Shown: positions 1 to 12,619 of the stretch, in pieces
Numbering within the stretch: the first letter of the stretch is position 1
Layout: the number at the start of each line of letters is the position of its first letter
Assembly (NCBI GenBank): GCA_010093605.1
Contig: MU004191.1
Location: 1,472,816-1,536,815 of the forward strand
Direction of reading: 5' to 3'
DNA: 64,000 nucleotides
Source of the DNA: Lophium mytilinum
Taxonomy: Eukaryota
Program-made: the position numbers and the translations under genes
The notes under the pieces: generated by a model
Database searches by the model: none
The model's input: the letters and a program-made list of their open reading frames with translations, nothing else
What the model was told of the DNA's origin: nothing

Positions 1-1
1 C

Positions 2-211
2 TGTGACATATCCTCGGTCTTAAGGGGGTTTATCGGTGGCAAGTGATAGGTGTCAAGGGTACGATGCGGAGGAGCTTGGAACTAGACAAGGAGGAAAGAA
101 GGCTGGTTATAAGAGGTCGTATAAGGAGCAGGAAGAGAGGCCTGCACGAGGAAGCTATATAGTAGGAGAGCGGCTAGCCTGGAGGCCCAGCTCACGTAGG
201 GCCTCGTGACA
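2..211. mobile_element. Possible retrotransposon LTR (solo LTR or one LTR of an element extending left of the window)
   Basis: 210-bp segment bounded by TGTGAC (2) and GTGACA (211), i.e. TG...CA with a short imperfect inverted terminus. Strong purine skew and a TATA-like CTATATAG. TSD cannot be checked at the window edge. Confidence 0.4.
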
Positions 212-512
212 GGTGAACGTACAACCGGAGGACCGGGCGTAATCTGTCAAAATAGGTATCTAATAGCTATGATTCAAACTTTCGGAGGAAATAGTGTAAG
301 AACGTACGGCACTGGGAACTTCTAAAGCCGCAGCTACCTCTCGTATGTTGTTATCGATGCTCGACACTGTATACTGCGAGGTGGCGTTTGGAATCGCAGA
401 AAAGCGTCATAGATGCTCATCTTGGCTGAACGATGCTATTGCCTATACTCTACACAAGAGAACCGGTCCCGATATATACACACCCTATTCTCGCTTTACT
501 CACTCCTACCAC

Positions 513-1279
513 TCATTTCGTCCGAATAACCTTCAACTTCTTCGGTATATGCACAAAGTTATTCGCATACGCCTTGGGCACGAACTTGCGCTCGTTCGGC
601 TCCTGCACAAAGTATTCGTAGCCTTGCTTGTTGGCGAAGGCGACAGCGTCTTCTTTGCTCTTGAAGTTCAGGCTGTAGCCCTGCATGAAGTCGGCCGACG
701 ACTGCCAGCCCATCAGCGGGTTCTCCCACCGGTGGCCCTTGGGGAGCGGGTCCCAGTCCATGACCCAGTGGTGCGAGTGCCAGTCGCCGGATTGCGTGGC
801 GGATTTGGCCGGGCGGTAGATACTGGGGTGGGTTAGAAATTGGGCTGGGACTGCGGGGAGGGGCAGCTGTCTTACCGGACTGTTCGGGCTTGGAGGTCTA
901 CTGGTGCGCCGGAGAGTACAGCTGCGGCTACGCTGTCGCCTGGCTCGCTGCCGTCCATCACTCGTTTCGGGATGGGGGAGAAGTTCCTGTATACAGCTCA
1001 GCGATTTGGTTCCAAGTTCTGGGTTGACGAGACGTACGAAACCCGGTAGTCAATGGAGACATCGTAGTCTGGTTGATGCGATGGCGTCCCCTCTCCACCG
1101 CTCTCTCGGCTGATCATGGCCGCCTCTGCAGGCTTCGTTGAAGGTGCATCTAGCGCGTTGATCTTCGGGGAGGGCTCGTCGGCGTAGTGGCGGATCTGAG
1201 GTGCAAATGCCCTTCGAACTGTAGGGCGGGCTACCAAGGGGAGTAGCCGCGAGCCAATTGACCGCGGCAGGGCTGACAT
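513..1279 (-). CDS. NDUFS4: NADH:ubiquinone oxidoreductase Fe-S subunit 4 (complex I 21 kDa subunit)
   Basis: Three exons (introns 1037-987 and 875-823, GT..AG). Mitochondrial-like presequence, then RIYRPAKSATQSG, RWENPLMGWQSSAD and YANNF motifs typical of NDUFS4. Confidence 0.95.
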
Positions 1280-1531
1280 TGTGGCGGAGTGGAGAGGATA
1301 TGTGGTATCGTAGTGTTCTTGAGTGAGGTTGGAGGTTGGCCGAGATCACGGCAACTTCCGAGCAGCCGCTTCACTCTCAGAGATCTCTCGGCTTCTTGAC
1401 GACGAACTACCATCTGCCCGACCCTCACCACTAGCCCTTCACGTCAACTCGCTCTCCACTCCGGTAGGCTTCCTGAGGTTCCTCAAGCGGACAGGAGGAT
1501 TGTGGATGCTAATTGAGACGCCGCAGTCAAG

Positions 1532-2190
1532 ATGAGCTTCGTTACTAGGCGCGCTCTCTCGACCCTTATTCCTCCCAAGGTACGGCTTCACGATCGCAAC
1601 ACCATCGCAATGGCCAATCCGGATGCTGACCGTATACTCTAGGTTGCTTCCCCAAGCGTACGTATGCAATTTAATACTCCGTTGATGGCCCTGAGAAATC
1701 CCGAGGAACTCTCCCTTGCGAAAAACACGGCATATTATCCATCACCGCTAAAGAGCTTATCCCCCGCATCGTCGAAGCTGCCAGCAAATACAATCACGGA
1801 TTCGCCCCCAATACAACAACTGACTCGTATGCCAGGCCGTCGGTTCTTCCCCCAATGCTGCCCGCATGCAGCGAGTGGTGAGCTTCTACGAGAAGCTCCC
1901 CCGAGGCCAGGCCGCAGAGATCAAGCCAAAGGGCCTGCTGCAACGGTACCAGCACCGGTACATGGGCAAGAACTCATCAGCGTTGCGTAAGATATTTCAG
2001 GATCCACACACGTGAAACGCAGGATGCTGACGGACGACGTGTTTCACAGCTATCATCCACGTCATTGCGGCCATGATGGCCATTGGCTATGCGCAGAACT
2101 ACTACTTCCATCTGCGTGCGTACTCTGGATCCTGCACTGGCGGGAGTGACGCTAATTTCGGCAGGTCACCACAAGAACAACGCCCACTAG
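1532..2190 (+). CDS. ATP17: Mitochondrial ATP synthase subunit f
   Basis: Spliced product [45 protein letters not shown]...GYAQNYYFHLRHHKNNAH*. Four GT-AG introns, including a 15-nt exon at 1643-1657. Confidence 0.93.
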
Positions 2191-2981
2191 GATCGAGTAT
2201 CGTGATATGGCAGTTTGGGTTGCGGAAGAAGGGTGATGGGACTGTAAATATATGTCTGAACAGTATTCAATCGACGGCCCGGCCGGTCCACAAGACAGCA
2301 TCTCTGACTCCTATGTCTTAAGTCTTTGAATACGCAACGTGACTCCTGCTGGACTTCACCTCCATCGAGCCGGACGCGGTTCCGAGACGCGTCTCGCGGC
2401 AACACAGCAACCGTGAATATCGAAGACAACATACTCCGCAACACAATAGATAGATCTGAAGGCAGCTGAATCTAGTTCGTGACGCTTGTTCTCAGCTGCT
2501 GCGCGCTGTCACTGGAGCTAGGATGCCAAGCGGCGCCAACCGAAGGAGGTCATCGTGTCACTTCGATCTCCCTAACACCCGCATCACTACCACTCGGCCA
2601 TAATAAGGTGCAGGCCCTTACTCCCCCTCCATCTCCCCTCCGCACGAGGCTTATAAGCCCTCTACTCCCATAACAAACTCTCGAACCACTACGCGCGCAT
2701 AAAGGAGCGTCGCCGAGTCCCGTCACCCGCTTCTCCACCCGCGAACGCTTGCAAGGCCGGCAGTCGACGTTTCTGCGGAAGCGCCTACTACTACCTCGTG
2801 GCGACTATCAGAACCTGACCATAGGTACATACATTCACTTTCCCCGCTTTGGCGCCACGTCGAAGCTACCAGCTGCTCTGGCCGCCACCAGCTTCGTCAC
2901 TCGTCAATGCAGACCTCCGAAGATAAAGACCCTCGTTCTGACAAAGCCCAACTTGCGCCCACAACAGATACACGGATTGTT

Positions 2982-5900
2982 ATGGCAGAGCAGATCACCC
3001 AAGATGTGGTAAAGGAAGCTCAGTCGATGGGTGAGTCTTCGCCCATCGATGCTACTGCGACAACTACCATCGACTCCGCCGGCGACGGCGAGGTGCCCTC
3101 GGACCGTACGACCGCCAACCCAAAACCATCAACTGCTCTTCCTACTCCTCCCCCAAGCACAAGCGATGCCGGAGCCGATGCTCCCCCCTCAACAGACAAG
3201 GCCAGCGAGGAGAATGCGACTTTGGGTAGCGGCAAGGAAGCAGATGCTGGGTCCCGTCAGGTTGATGAAGAGCAGTTTGCGGTATCGGAGCTCCCTAACA
3301 GACAAGATGATCCTTTGCTGTCAAAAGTAGAGGTTCCGCTGGTGAACGGAGATGCTGGGGATTTTTCTGCGCCGGAGGACGCCACGTCTCAACACGCCCT
3401 TGCGGAAGTCAGCGGTGGTTCCGATACGGATATCAGCCGACCAGGGAGTGTGGACCAAGCAAATGAGAGGCCTGGACGGCACTTGCGCTCAAATTCCATC
3501 CAGAAGCCAAAGTCGTTCAAGTCTGTTTCCGTGACGAAGAATTTTCTTGCCAAAGCGGTTACTACGCCAGTGGCGCGGCCAGGAGAAAAGGGTATGGTGT
3601 TCAGGGTTCAAAGCGTAGGAAATGTATACAAAGCTGACACGATGCGTAGCACCCCCGGTGGGCCAAACAAACGCATCATTGCTCCAAAGCGCGAAGCCTC
3701 GACTAGTTGCTAAATCTGGGAGTGGATTGGGATCAGTCATGCGTACGTCGTTAGCAAAGACGAATGGGGCAGGGTCTGGTCCTGATGCAACCAAAGTGTG
3801 GAACAAGAACCAACGTAAGCATTGTTTCCAGCCTCTCAACATTGCTTTATCTAACATTATTTGCAGCGGTACCTCCGCCACCCCCGAAACAGTTCACAGA
3901 CGAGGAACTCAAGCAGCAATATGGGATTCATTTAGCTACTCGGCTGCAAGCAGACGACACGAACAAGGAGGCGAAATGGGCGGACATCGACGATGATGAG
4001 GAAGACTGGGCGCCTGAAACGGTAGAATGGATGGATGGCACCAAATCTACGGTCAACACGACTGAGGCCCAGAAACCGCCGGAGGAACCTAAGCCTAGTA
4101 TTCTGAGGAAGCAAACCCCTGAACCTGTTAGACCCGGCCCGACTCCTACTGCAATTCAACGACCTACTTCGACTGGTGGAACCAAAACGATTCTGAAGCC
4201 AGGTGCTCACACGAGCTCCACCAAATCCAACCTAGTTTTGAAGGGTGCTCCTGAGAAGCCAACGCTAGTTGCCAAACCATCCGCTCCAGCACAAGTTAAA
4301 TCGCCATGGGCACCACTCCCGCCGGTAGAGAAAGTCTCGCCTATACAGATCAATCCACCTACCCACCCTCCGCCACCGTCACGTTTTTCTCAGCGGGATC
4401 CGCATGGATTTGATGCTCTCCCTCCTGCTCCCAGCACGACCAAGGAGTTCGCGCCAGACGACTTTAACCGGTCATGGAGAGATGATCGCGCTAACAAGGA
4501 ACTGTTCAATTCGCACAATGGCCGCTACGAGCCCGTCAACGAGATGCGGCGTGGCTCAATTCGCAGCAACGAGCTCAGACAGCCCTCTGTGCTCCAGCGA
4601 CCCTCGCCACAAGGAGCGCCTGCCGAGCCCTCGGCGGCATTCCAGACCTCACGCTCGAGTGGCGATGCACCCACATGGGGCAGGAGGCGCAATTCATCGA
4701 ACGTCAGTGGGGGAAGCGGCCGTCGGCCATCATTCGCGCCTGACATGCCGCCCATTCCACTTGACATGCAGCATCGACGCGGATCACAGTCAATAGCCGG
4801 CTCAGACATCGCAACACCTGGAGGAACCCCTCGCCTGGCCTTTGCCCAGCGACACCACGTCCCTGAGCACGCCATCTCACCTGCCGAGCAGCATCATTCC
4901 TGGACGCAGCGATCGTCGCCGAACCTCGGTCACGTGCAGCCGACCTCACCTCTCGAGTCGATCGGCTCAGGCCCTGCCGAACCAGTCCAAACACCCGCCC
5001 AGCCTGTAGAAGACCTCGTAACGGTGCAGAAGCGGCTCATGCAAGAGAAGATTGAGCGTGCGAAGCTCGAGAAGAAGCGCCAGCAAGAAGAAGAAGCTAA
5101 GGAGGAAGCGGCCAGAAAGGCGCGCCTCAAGTTGAAGCTCGAAGCCATGGGGGTTAGTGAGAGCAGGGATAAGCTTAAAGAGCCGTCGCCGTCACGAGCT
5201 GCGGATAAGTCACCCCAGAAAGAGCGAGCCCTGCCAGTGCCAGTGCAGTCGCCTCCGAAGCCGCCAGTTCCTCAGTCCGAGGGTGAGGTGCGGCAGTACG
5301 GCATGATGAAAGTACACCAGCCGCACCCCGTCCGCAAGGCCAGCCACGTTGTCGACGTGAGCATCCCAGAGCTGCGAGCAGCGCCTAAGGTCAGTAGCGA
5401 TGCGCCGTCGCAGGTTGCGTCGAAGCGCAGTCCCTCACCACTGAAGGCGCTGGGTGCCGGAGTAGCGCCGAAGGCGGTGTCGCCGCCGGCTCTGCCTGTT
5501 CACGACATTTCACCTGTCAATAGAGCCCCACAGGAGAACAATAGCAACTCCCAGCCCCCTCAATTAGAACAATTGGAAGCGAACGAGGACCGTGCCTCGC
5601 ACAATACTTTTAAAGAGCGGCCACCTCCCACTTGGACCTCGACCTCCATCTCTTCTTCACAACCTCTTTCTTCTTCTCAATCTGTCCCTTCTTCGCAATC
5701 CATACCTTCATCTCAAGACGCACGTACTGCCTGGAGCAGCGGCTTATCTAAAGCACCATCTTCAATTTCGAACGTTTGGGGTCCACCGCACAAAGCGTTA
5801 GGCAACGGCACCTTCGAGACCAGCTTCAACAGAACATCATTACGTTCAGCTTCGCAGCAACAGCTTCCGGCAAGCAGCTCGCCAGGACCCATTGCTCCGC

Positions 5901-7477
5901 CTTCTTCGCTCCGACTGTCTCCTGCTCAGCGCTCAGCTGTGCCGGCTCCATCGCAAGATCAACCTCAATCCAGACAATCTCATCCTCCCACGGTCAACAT
6001 GGGCAACAACACCAACAACACCCGCAGCCAGGCTACCGCTCTCGGCACCAATACCCGCAATCATGTTGCTGCTCTTGGCAACTGGGCCGGCGCCGCCACT
6101 CTTGAGGGCCACGGCGCTCACGACAACTGGGGTGGCTATGGCAGCTACATCTCCCTCTCCGACCACCTGACCGTTGCCAAGGCCCGCGAGATGGAGAAGC
6201 TCATTGGAGCCGACTACAAGCATGAGATGAACGAGCGTTTCACTCCCAGCGTCGGTCGCAACCGCAAGCCTATCGCTACCCGCCATGCTCCTGCCGGTGG
6301 TTACTTGGCTGTCCAGAATCCCACCGCTACTGCATCGGAGGCATCTCAGCCTACCGAAACCGTTGCTCCTGCCGCCGAAGCCACTCCTCTCTGGGGTGTT
6401 CCGCCTCACCTCCGTGTTGCGAAGCCTCTGGCGCCCGGAGAGACCGTGAGCATTCCGCCTCATCTTCGCGCTGCTGCACGCAAGGAATCACGTTACTTTG
6501 CTGGAGGCCGTGAGGATGCTTCGTCGCAGGCCTCGGGCACCTCCCAGCAGTCCGACTCCCCCCCTCCTCCAGAGACCCAGTCGCACCCCGTCTTTGACTC
6601 CGACTCTGCTCGCCCGAAAGTCAATCTCCCGATCCCAAAGGCAGTCGTGAAGCTTCCACCAGCCCAGTCGCCTCCAGTTCAGCCTGCTGTTCTGTCGACC
6701 CGTGCGAAGTCTACTGCGGCTCTCGGCGCTCAGCCTCTTGCCAATACCGAGGCATGGCAGGCTCGCTTCAACGGTCTCTTCAACAAGAAGGAAGTTGCCC
6801 CGGCCACCGCCAATACCAAGCCGAATCTCCTCGCGGTCGCTCCTGCCACCAAGGCTCCGCTTGTCGACGTCGCGAGTGTCGCCTCTGCCACGGTCTCTCT
6901 GCCGGCCGCCACCAAGTCGTCTTTTGTTAATGACGGCAGCAAGGACGTTCAGTCTCGCGTCAGCCCGGAAGATACTCTTCTCGACGACCGCGAGTTCGGC
7001 TCTACTCCGACCGTTCAGTTGCCAGCGGTGCCGCATGGCTCGGCCAGTCTCCCACCGGTTCAGGCTCGCATGAACTACAAGTCCCCACTTCCTGTCGAGT
7101 CCACCACGAAGCCCGAGTTTGCCATTGGCATGGAAGACGTGACGGCCAAGGGCATCAACGTCAAGGTCCGTGTTGGAAACATGACCGAGGCTGTCACCAA
7201 GACGATCGCTCCCCGCCCCAACAACCAGAAAACCTCCGGTTACCAGAAGCGTACCGTCCATCCGCGCAACGCCTCGAACGCTACCCAGAATCCCCGCGGC
7301 AGGAACCAGTCAGGCGGCTATCAAGGCCAAGGCGGTCCGTCGCAGAACCAGACTCCACGACCGATCAACAACAACTCTCGCCCCGGCTCAGGCAATTGGA
7401 ATAATCGCACCAATACCAACTCGTCTCAGCAGACTGGTCCCTGGACCAAGCGTGCAGCTCCGGCTGTCGCGCATTGA
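2982..7477 (+). CDS. Large low-complexity conserved fungal protein, PRRC2/BAT2-like architecture (inferred)
   Basis: ORFs 2907-3713, 3622-3996 and 3764-7477 join via introns ~3592-3649 and ~3814-3867. Motifs FTDEELKQQYGIHLATRL and KWADIDDDEEDW, a charged coiled coil, and two PPHLR motifs. Confidence 0.8.
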
Positions 7478-9286
7478 GCCTCGTACCACGCATCTCTCGA
7501 TCTACAGTCGCTTGCACACATGCATCTACGGCGTTGGCTTTATCGATCGTCATTGGGCACAGCAAAGACTGTACCATGATGCGTTTCATCCTTCCTACGG
7601 CGTCGGTTGCACTTTCTTGCCGCCACATCGGTCGTCTCGCTCGTCACTTGTACGGATGAGAATGGCACTGGCGCGATCGGTCTTACAGAGGGGCCAAAAT
7701 CAAGAGCATCAGCTCTTGGGTATCTGCGTTGCTACTTTGCGAAACTTTCCACACTTGCTTTTTTGCCTACCTAATCACTTACTTTCCCCTCTTCACTTCT
7801 TGTTTGCTGTTTGCTTTCTTCTTTTCCAATCATCCACCAGTTCTGCGTGTTTTTGTATCACATCAGCCTCTCTCTTCTGCCTCTACTACATGCCCAGTTC
7901 ACCACCATTGGCGGTGACTACTACGCTCTGTCTTCCTTTCTGGAATTGGCAGAGCGCATGGGGCTCATATCAGAGGCAATATCGGAGGCAATATCGTGCT
8001 CGGAAAGGAAGGTCGATGGTTTCGGGGTATCAAACCGGGCTTTCTACAGAGCGTGATGCGACTGAAAGCTAGTTTAGATACTTGCTGTTCGAATCCTCGC
8101 AATACTCTACTGCAGGACTTCGACGGAATTCTTGTTCACATCACGATCAATGAAATAGACACTCAATTGTTCTATCTGCCTTTGCCTTGCTTGTGATGAA
8201 GAATTGTCTGAAGTGACTTGCTGGTGCAGAGACCTCCTCGCAGCCGACTTTGCGACCAACTCGCCGCTGCCATTGCCATTTCGCTCCCACCGCTCCCCTC
8301 TTTCGAACTTCTTCGACTCGTTTGAGGCCTCCCAGCCCCCGAGTAAAATTCGCCTCGCCGCCGCAATTCAGACTGTTGGCAGTGAAAATTTTCATCCGCT
8401 GCTGTGAGTCATAGGCCCCAGCCTCCTTAGCTCCCAGCCTCCTCCACGTTTTTTCTGCCGGCAGAAAAAGTTCGCCCCTGCGAACGCTGGCAGGGGTCCG
8501 TGCGCGAGGCTCGTGTGGACCTATCGTGCACTTCCTAACACGGCCGAGCGAGCGACGAGCGCCAGTACCTACGCTTAACATTGACATTCAAGATGTAGTT
8601 AGTATTGCATCCGGAAGAGGGCTTCGCGCTTTGAATGGCACCGGTTTGGTAGATTTTGGACGGTTTTGGCACAAGGCGGTGGATTCGGGTCACATGATTG
8701 TAGAAATATAGTAGCGCTTTTGGGCGCTATTGCTTCTATGAACAGGAAAACATGATCAGTGTGATGAGAAAGAGTTCGCGCTTCGAATCATACCAATTCA
8801 GAAGACTTTGGAGCATGTATGATGTTGTGCATCACGTGATGTGCTCTAGATATCTATTTCGTGAACCAAGAGCGCTCTGAGGAAACCTTTGGAAGCCTAA
8901 TTCTCAATACAAATAGTCTTTAAGAAACAACAGAAGCATCCGCTGATATTCGTCCACAACATGCGGAGCAGGGGGGCGGCTTCTCCGTCCGCCGAGGTCC
9001 GCTTTCCATCACTTCATCAGGGAACTACCCGGTTTGATAGCAGCGAACGACGCCTGAGTACTTGCGCGGAAATAGTTGTGAGTAGGCCTCTGGAATGGGA
9101 CCCGACTGCAATACCTCCCAGGTCGCAAGCAATAGTTGAGATGCGCCCAGATTCGACGGTCAACTTCAAGAGCTCCCGGATATGACCATACTCCCCTCGC
9201 CCTGTTTCCTCCACAGCTCTACAGCATCTCACTACGCTCGCCTGGATAGCCTCAGTCAGTGAATCTGATTGCTACCCTTTCCCGCC

Positions 9287-12218
9287 ATGGAGCATCCGGC
9301 ATCTCCCCTCGGAAACGCGACTTCGATCTTCCCAAACTCTATGGATCTCCTCATGATGGTGCCACGTCTTCTGCAGCGAGCAGGGTCGTTCGCAGAGCAT
9401 ATGGACACCATGTTTGGGAAGCTCCGCAATGGAGGCAGTGTTATAGCGGAGCCTACTACTTCGCAGATCGTGAATGCCACCATAACTCGCATCGGGACGT
9501 TTGCGCAAGAGTCACTTGCTGCAGCAGCGACGTCAGCGCTCCGCGACCAAGACGAACCCCCGGAAATTGGGTTCTTTCAAACTTTGAAGAGTGTTGGTGG
9601 ATTCTTCAGTTACATGACCTCGAAATGGGCCATTGCCACCTTCGTCACTGTAAGCTTCTCTTGGGAAATGAGGTTATAGAGCAACGGCTAATGGCAAATG
9701 ATAGGCTATACTGCTGAACCGAACACAGTTCTACGCCTCTAGTAGAGTCCCTATAACGCTGAACAAGTGGTACCTACGCCTCACGCTCTACCTCCTCCCC
9801 ACGGTCATCTTCCTATACCGGATCCAATGGATACTCCAAGCTATACAGTGCCAAACCTCACCGGGCTGGTCGGAGATGCAATATGGTAGCTCTGGAAAGG
9901 GTTTGGATACAGACTTTGCTGGTGAGGGCGGCTTCTTATGGAAAATGAGTTCCGCACTTCTTCTAGGGCAGGGTGACGAGGCGTCATGCCGTGCTGCTAA
10001 CATGTTGCCTCCCGATATGAGCACACCTAGGCCGTCTGGGTCGCTGTCCTTGCTCTGGCCTCTGTTCATTTCCTTGGGATTTAGCCAGTTTATTGAAACC
10101 TTGGCTTGCGCTCTCCAGAGTCGCCAGCCCTCGCCAGAGACGGGCATGACGATATTTGAACACTCTCTAGCTTTCGCAGAAGCTGAAGCTGTTATAACCA
10201 ACCCGCTAGGCCCTGACTTGTTTCGGCCTTTGCCCGCGAAGACAATCACTACACTCGATGGCACGTCTTTGGTTTTGAGCGGTGCTGCCGCTGTCCAATT
10301 TGCTAACGTACCTCCGGAGGTTTTGGTCATTTCACTTATCTCAAGCCTTAGCCACTTCAGCAGTAACATTTTGGCAATCACTGGGCTAAGAGCGAGAGTC
10401 CGACTGGTATCAACTGGCATATGGGGTCTCTGTTATCTCTCAGCCTTCGTCTGGGCTTTCGTTCGGGCTACCAATCTCATTGGCGATAAGGACACGCAAG
10501 TCGGCATACTCAGGTTCCCGACTATTTGCATCGTCGGGTTCATACCTCACTTACTTATCATGGTTGGAATACTGGCTTGTGGGCTTGTCTACGCTCTCGC
10601 CTTCATCTTGACTGCGATGGCTGTCCCTTCAGGTCACGAAGACGCTGCCTCCTTGAGTGGCAGATTGAGATTCGCCTACCAGAACCTCCAAGCAAACATT
10701 CACTTGTCCACAATCACGCCCATCAGAATCAACTGGCAAGAGGACTTCTACACCTTCATCCTCAAATTCGGGTTCACTGTCCTTACTGCTGCCAGCGAAG
10801 CGGTGTATCTTAACGAAGGCACGAGGATCAACATAAGCCCGTCTACATGGCTAGAGGAGAAAAGGTTCCAAGAAGCTTTTGGTCGAAGAGCGCTACTTCG
10901 ACGTCAGCATAATGCCCTACCACAAGAATTGCGCGGTGATATGATCGCGGACGGGGTCTCTTTGGTTGATCAACCCGAACTAGGACGACGCAATATGCCA
11001 CAATTGTCTGGCTATGCTCACGAAAGGAAGACGCGTGGCGCTGATTCCACATCCGAAGCTTCAAGAGCTGTGGGGAGAGATGAAGGCGTGGGTATACAAC
11101 AACGACGCGGAAGATGGGTCCTGACATTTCAATTCATGAAGGGAATCTTCTGGCTAGTCACGACCTTGTATGCGAAGGTCGCAATGACTATCTTACGGAA
11201 ACTTGGAATTGCCTACAGTCCAGCCTGGTTGAGGAACTTCGCAGGTACGCCAAACAACGCGAAGGGCAAGAAACCAAACGTGGATACAAAAGATACGCAG
11301 GGTCAAAGCGTTCGAGAATTTTGGATGGTCAATGCCGAAGGGCACTTGATACAGCCCTCCGATACAAGCGTGGATGTGGAAGCCGAGACAAGGAGAAGGC
11401 TCGAAGATGCCGGCATGTACCAGGAAGGGAGTGTCATAAGAGGCAATGGCGTCAGTGGCGACGACCTTTTGGACTCTAGACTCTATAACTGGTGGAAAAC
11501 TGGTGGCTGGTGGGGCGATATTGACACCAGCGGTGAGTATGAAGATGTACACAAGGACGACGATACGACGAGCGTAGTCTCTATGGCTACGACAACCAGT
11601 CAGGACGACGATGCATGGAGCGTTATGTCGAGAGACGATCTTGATGATGGCCAAAGAACACCAACCCAACAATCTTTCTTTCCTAGGACTCGCGAAGGAA
11701 CGCCCGTCGACGACCCACTAATCGACATGAGTCGCCTCTCTCGTCTTCTTGATCCCCACAGTGCGGAGGAAGAAGAAGAGGCCAGACTACTAGCCCGTCA
11801 TTTGAGCAGCGAAGGGGTCATGACGCGCTCGAGGTTTCAGAGATCCGTTGAGCGGGATCAGACTCGCCTGCTTACGTCCTCGAGATATAGGCCTGCTGGC
11901 ATGCAGTTTAGTGCTCAACCAACTCCAGAGGAAGAAGAAAAGGTACTGGAGCACTTCATCCTGGAGAAGCGCAACAGTAAGCCTTTCGCTTCAGCGAGCA
12001 GTAAGGTGGCATCCTGGAACGACGGTGCTGAGGGGATGGGCTCTGAGGGTCCACAATGTGTGGTGTGCCAGTTGAGTCCTCGCACCATTTTGGTGTGGCC
12101 TTGTGGGTGCTTGAGTCTTTGCGACGACTGTCGAGTTGGTCTTGCTTCGAAGAACTATACTACGTGCGTCTGTTGCCGGACTAACGTTGTTGCTTATTCA
12201 CGATTGTATGTTCCCTGA
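9287..12218 (+). CDS. Asi1/Asi3-like multi-pass membrane RING E3 ubiquitin ligase
   Basis: One intron (9650-9704). Several hydrophobic segments and a C-terminal RING-like CVVCQ...WPCGCLSLCDDCR...CVCC ending SRLYVP, as in fungal Asi-type ligases. Confidence 0.8.
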
Positions 12219-12619
12219 TGCGGTTTTGTGGCAGCGGCATTGGCGTTTTGAACTTCATTATGGCAAAGCGACAGGTACATAGCAAGCCAGCAATTTGTAC
12301 ATTATCATTGATTATTATGTGGTTTAGGAGTGATTTATCCTTTTGTAAAATGTGACCATTGCGCAATCTTCAACCTGTGCTGTTTGCATAAATAGCTAAT
12401 CGGACCTGTGCTTTTGAGGCTACTAAGGGGCGCACGTGACGACGTCTAATCTCATTTCCCGATGTGCCCTATCTCACTTAAAATCGTCACCCCCCAACTT
12501 TTCTCTCCATCCCATCACCAACGACAGCACAACAGCAGCGACATTGCTCACCATCTACGACTGACCAGAGAAACTGGCTCAGTCCCCTGCTACACCCCAT
12601 CAGCTTCTCCCCTAATTAT

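Noticed and set aside
1658..1836. Long ATP17 intron with overlapping donors (GTACGTATGC) as a possible stwintron or snoRNA host
   Set aside because: No internal branch point plus AG that would regenerate a donor, and no clear snoRNA boxes.
8087..8100. GTTCGAATCC tRNA T-loop-like motif
   Set aside because: No cloverleaf stems or A-box in the flanks.
8761..8880. GTGATGA...CTGA resembling a C/D-box snoRNA
   Set aside because: No convincing terminal stem or recognisable rRNA-complementary guide; such short boxes occur by chance. A snoscan/Infernal search would settle it.
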